64,000 bases of DNA from Gracilinanus agilis (taxonomy: Eukaryota). The stretch is taken from the NCBI RefSeq assembly GCF_016433145.1, contig NC_058133.1:166152780-166216779 (forward strand), read 5' to 3'. How positions within the stretch are numbered: position 1 is the stretch's first letter; each line of letters begins with the position of its first letter. The notes below the pieces were generated by a model, which did not search any database, was not told the origin of the DNA, and worked only from the letters and a program-made list of their open reading frames with translations. Position numbers and translations under genes: made by a program. Positions 62,814 to 64,000 of this stretch are shown here, piece after piece.

Positions 62814-63014
62814 CTATAGGAAGGAAAGCATTGGGATTAAAAGGTTTTTCTTACAGGAACTTGGGCCCTGGTTCCCATGGATAGCTATAGCACGGGTTCC
62901 ATGTGGCCCATTTCCCACCCCCATCACCCCATAGTCATCCCTTCCTACTGGCTCACCATTCTGCCTTTGCTCTTTAGGGGGTGGGCAGTGCCAGGTCTTC
63001 CCCCAGCCACTGAC

Positions 63015-63123
63015 CTTGGCAATGGCCGTGGCACAACTGAGCCCAGCCAGTTCCATGAGTTGATCCACGCTAAACTTGTACTCGTTGAATAGCTCCTCGT
63101 CTACAGCCTGGGCCTCCTCCTGG
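63015..63123 (-). CDS. NAXE: NAXE exon 2 ([37 protein letters not shown])
   Basis: YjeF_N LMELAG motif; cccag|C acceptor, AAG|GTCAGT donor; 109 nt. Confidence 0.97.
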
Positions 63124-63466
63124 CTGGGAGAAAACCCAACCACTCCCGAAACTCCGTACCTGCCCTGGGCCCTGCCCCTCCCAGGCTCTGGTGGGCGCCC
63201 TGCCGCCCAGATCAGTGCATCCCTTAGCACGCCTGCAGCCTCGGCCCCGCCCCTCCCCTCCCCCACCGACTCACGTGGGCGCCCTAACCACATCCCCATA
63301 CTCCCATGGGCCCCTCGGGTCAGGGGCATCCCTCCCTCCATCTTAGTCCCTGCACCGGAGTGGGTGCCCCTAGGCCCAGGTAAGTGCAAGCCCTGCCACG
63401 CCTCCTTCCCCCTAACCCCCGGGACACAGAACGCGGAAGTCCGATGCTCCCGGGGCCTCGGCTCAC

Positions 63467-63636
63467 CTCAAGTACTTCACGGCACCTCCAGCCATGGTGG
63501 AGTCCCCTAAATGCATGGGCCTCGCTGCCCACCAGGCTGGCCCCGGGCAGCGGGGTCCACCTCGCGCCAAAATGCGTGGGAAGCGCGAGCCGGCGACCAG
63601 CAGCCCCAGCCCCAGAAGCGTCCGCAGCCCGGACAT
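63467..63636 (-). CDS. NAXE: NAXE exon 1, mitochondrial presequence ([21 protein letters not shown]...[11 protein letters not shown])
   Basis: Translated by hand; resembles human [18 protein letters not shown]; donor AG|GTGAG; 170 nt. Confidence 0.95.
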
Positions 63637-63639
63637 TCA

Positions 63640-64000
63640 GGTCCCAGCGAGCCCACTCCCTCCCTCCCTCCCCCGTGGCCGCGCGCCTCCGAGCATGCGC
63701 CGGCACCGCCCCTTCTGCTTCAGCCCCCGGCAAATGGAGAGGGCTGAGAGGAGTGTACGAATGCGCGTGCGCCGACTACGGACCTGGCTGGGTTCGAATT
63801 GAGCTTGCTCTCAGCTGCGGCGGCATGCATTTACCGCGCCCTCTGCTGCCCGAACCGTAACATTTTTCGCCGTGCTCCTGTAGGGAGACTGCTCGGCACC
63901 CCTCCCAGTCCCAGTGAAACTTACAAAAGCACGCCCGCGTCCTGGAGAAAGACAAGAGTTTTATTTTCTCTGCCAGTTGCATCAAAAAATGGAGCGGAAA
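63640..64000 (-). promoter_or_regulatory. NAXE CpG-island promoter with NRF1-like sites
   Basis: TGCGCGTGCGCC at 63762-63773 and GAGCATGCGC at 63691-63700. Confidence 0.6.

Noticed and set aside
63320-63860. Long GC-rich ORFs on both strands over NAXE exon 1
   Set aside because: Stop-poor CpG island; the NAXE frame starting at 63636 explains the coding signal.

Overview
Marsupial genomic DNA, very probably Monodelphis domestica (inferred from SINE1_Mdo-type and MAR1 CORE-SINEs and opossum-type L1 3' ends), syntenic to human 1q23 in reverse orientation. I built four complete protein-coding genes by hand from GT-AG boundaries and frame continuity. BCAN (minus strand, 13 coding exons, 924 aa secreted form; 689 aa GPI-type form by exon-8 read-through), HAPLN2 (minus, 5 coding exons, 341 aa), GPATCH4 (plus, 7 coding exons, 281 aa) and NAXE/APOA1BP (minus, 6 exons, 284 aa). 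The remainder is intronic or intergenic DNA rich in SINEs, L1/L2/CR1 fragments, several hAT/Charlie-type MITEs, a probable solo LTR, microsatellites and one 145-N gap. The most notable observations are a regulatory and isoform hot spot around BCAN exon 8 (RE1/NRSE-like site over tandem in-frame acceptors, GPI read-through, intronic polyA cluster, candidate poison exon behind a long CU tract), a frame-shifted BCAN C-terminal tail, a SOXE dimer site at the HAPLN2 promoter, and a rearranged hAT MITE with telomeric hexamers at its internal junction. Comparisons to human proteins and repeat consensi are from memory, not from searches. Repeat boundaries are approximate unless a TSD or TIR is quoted.
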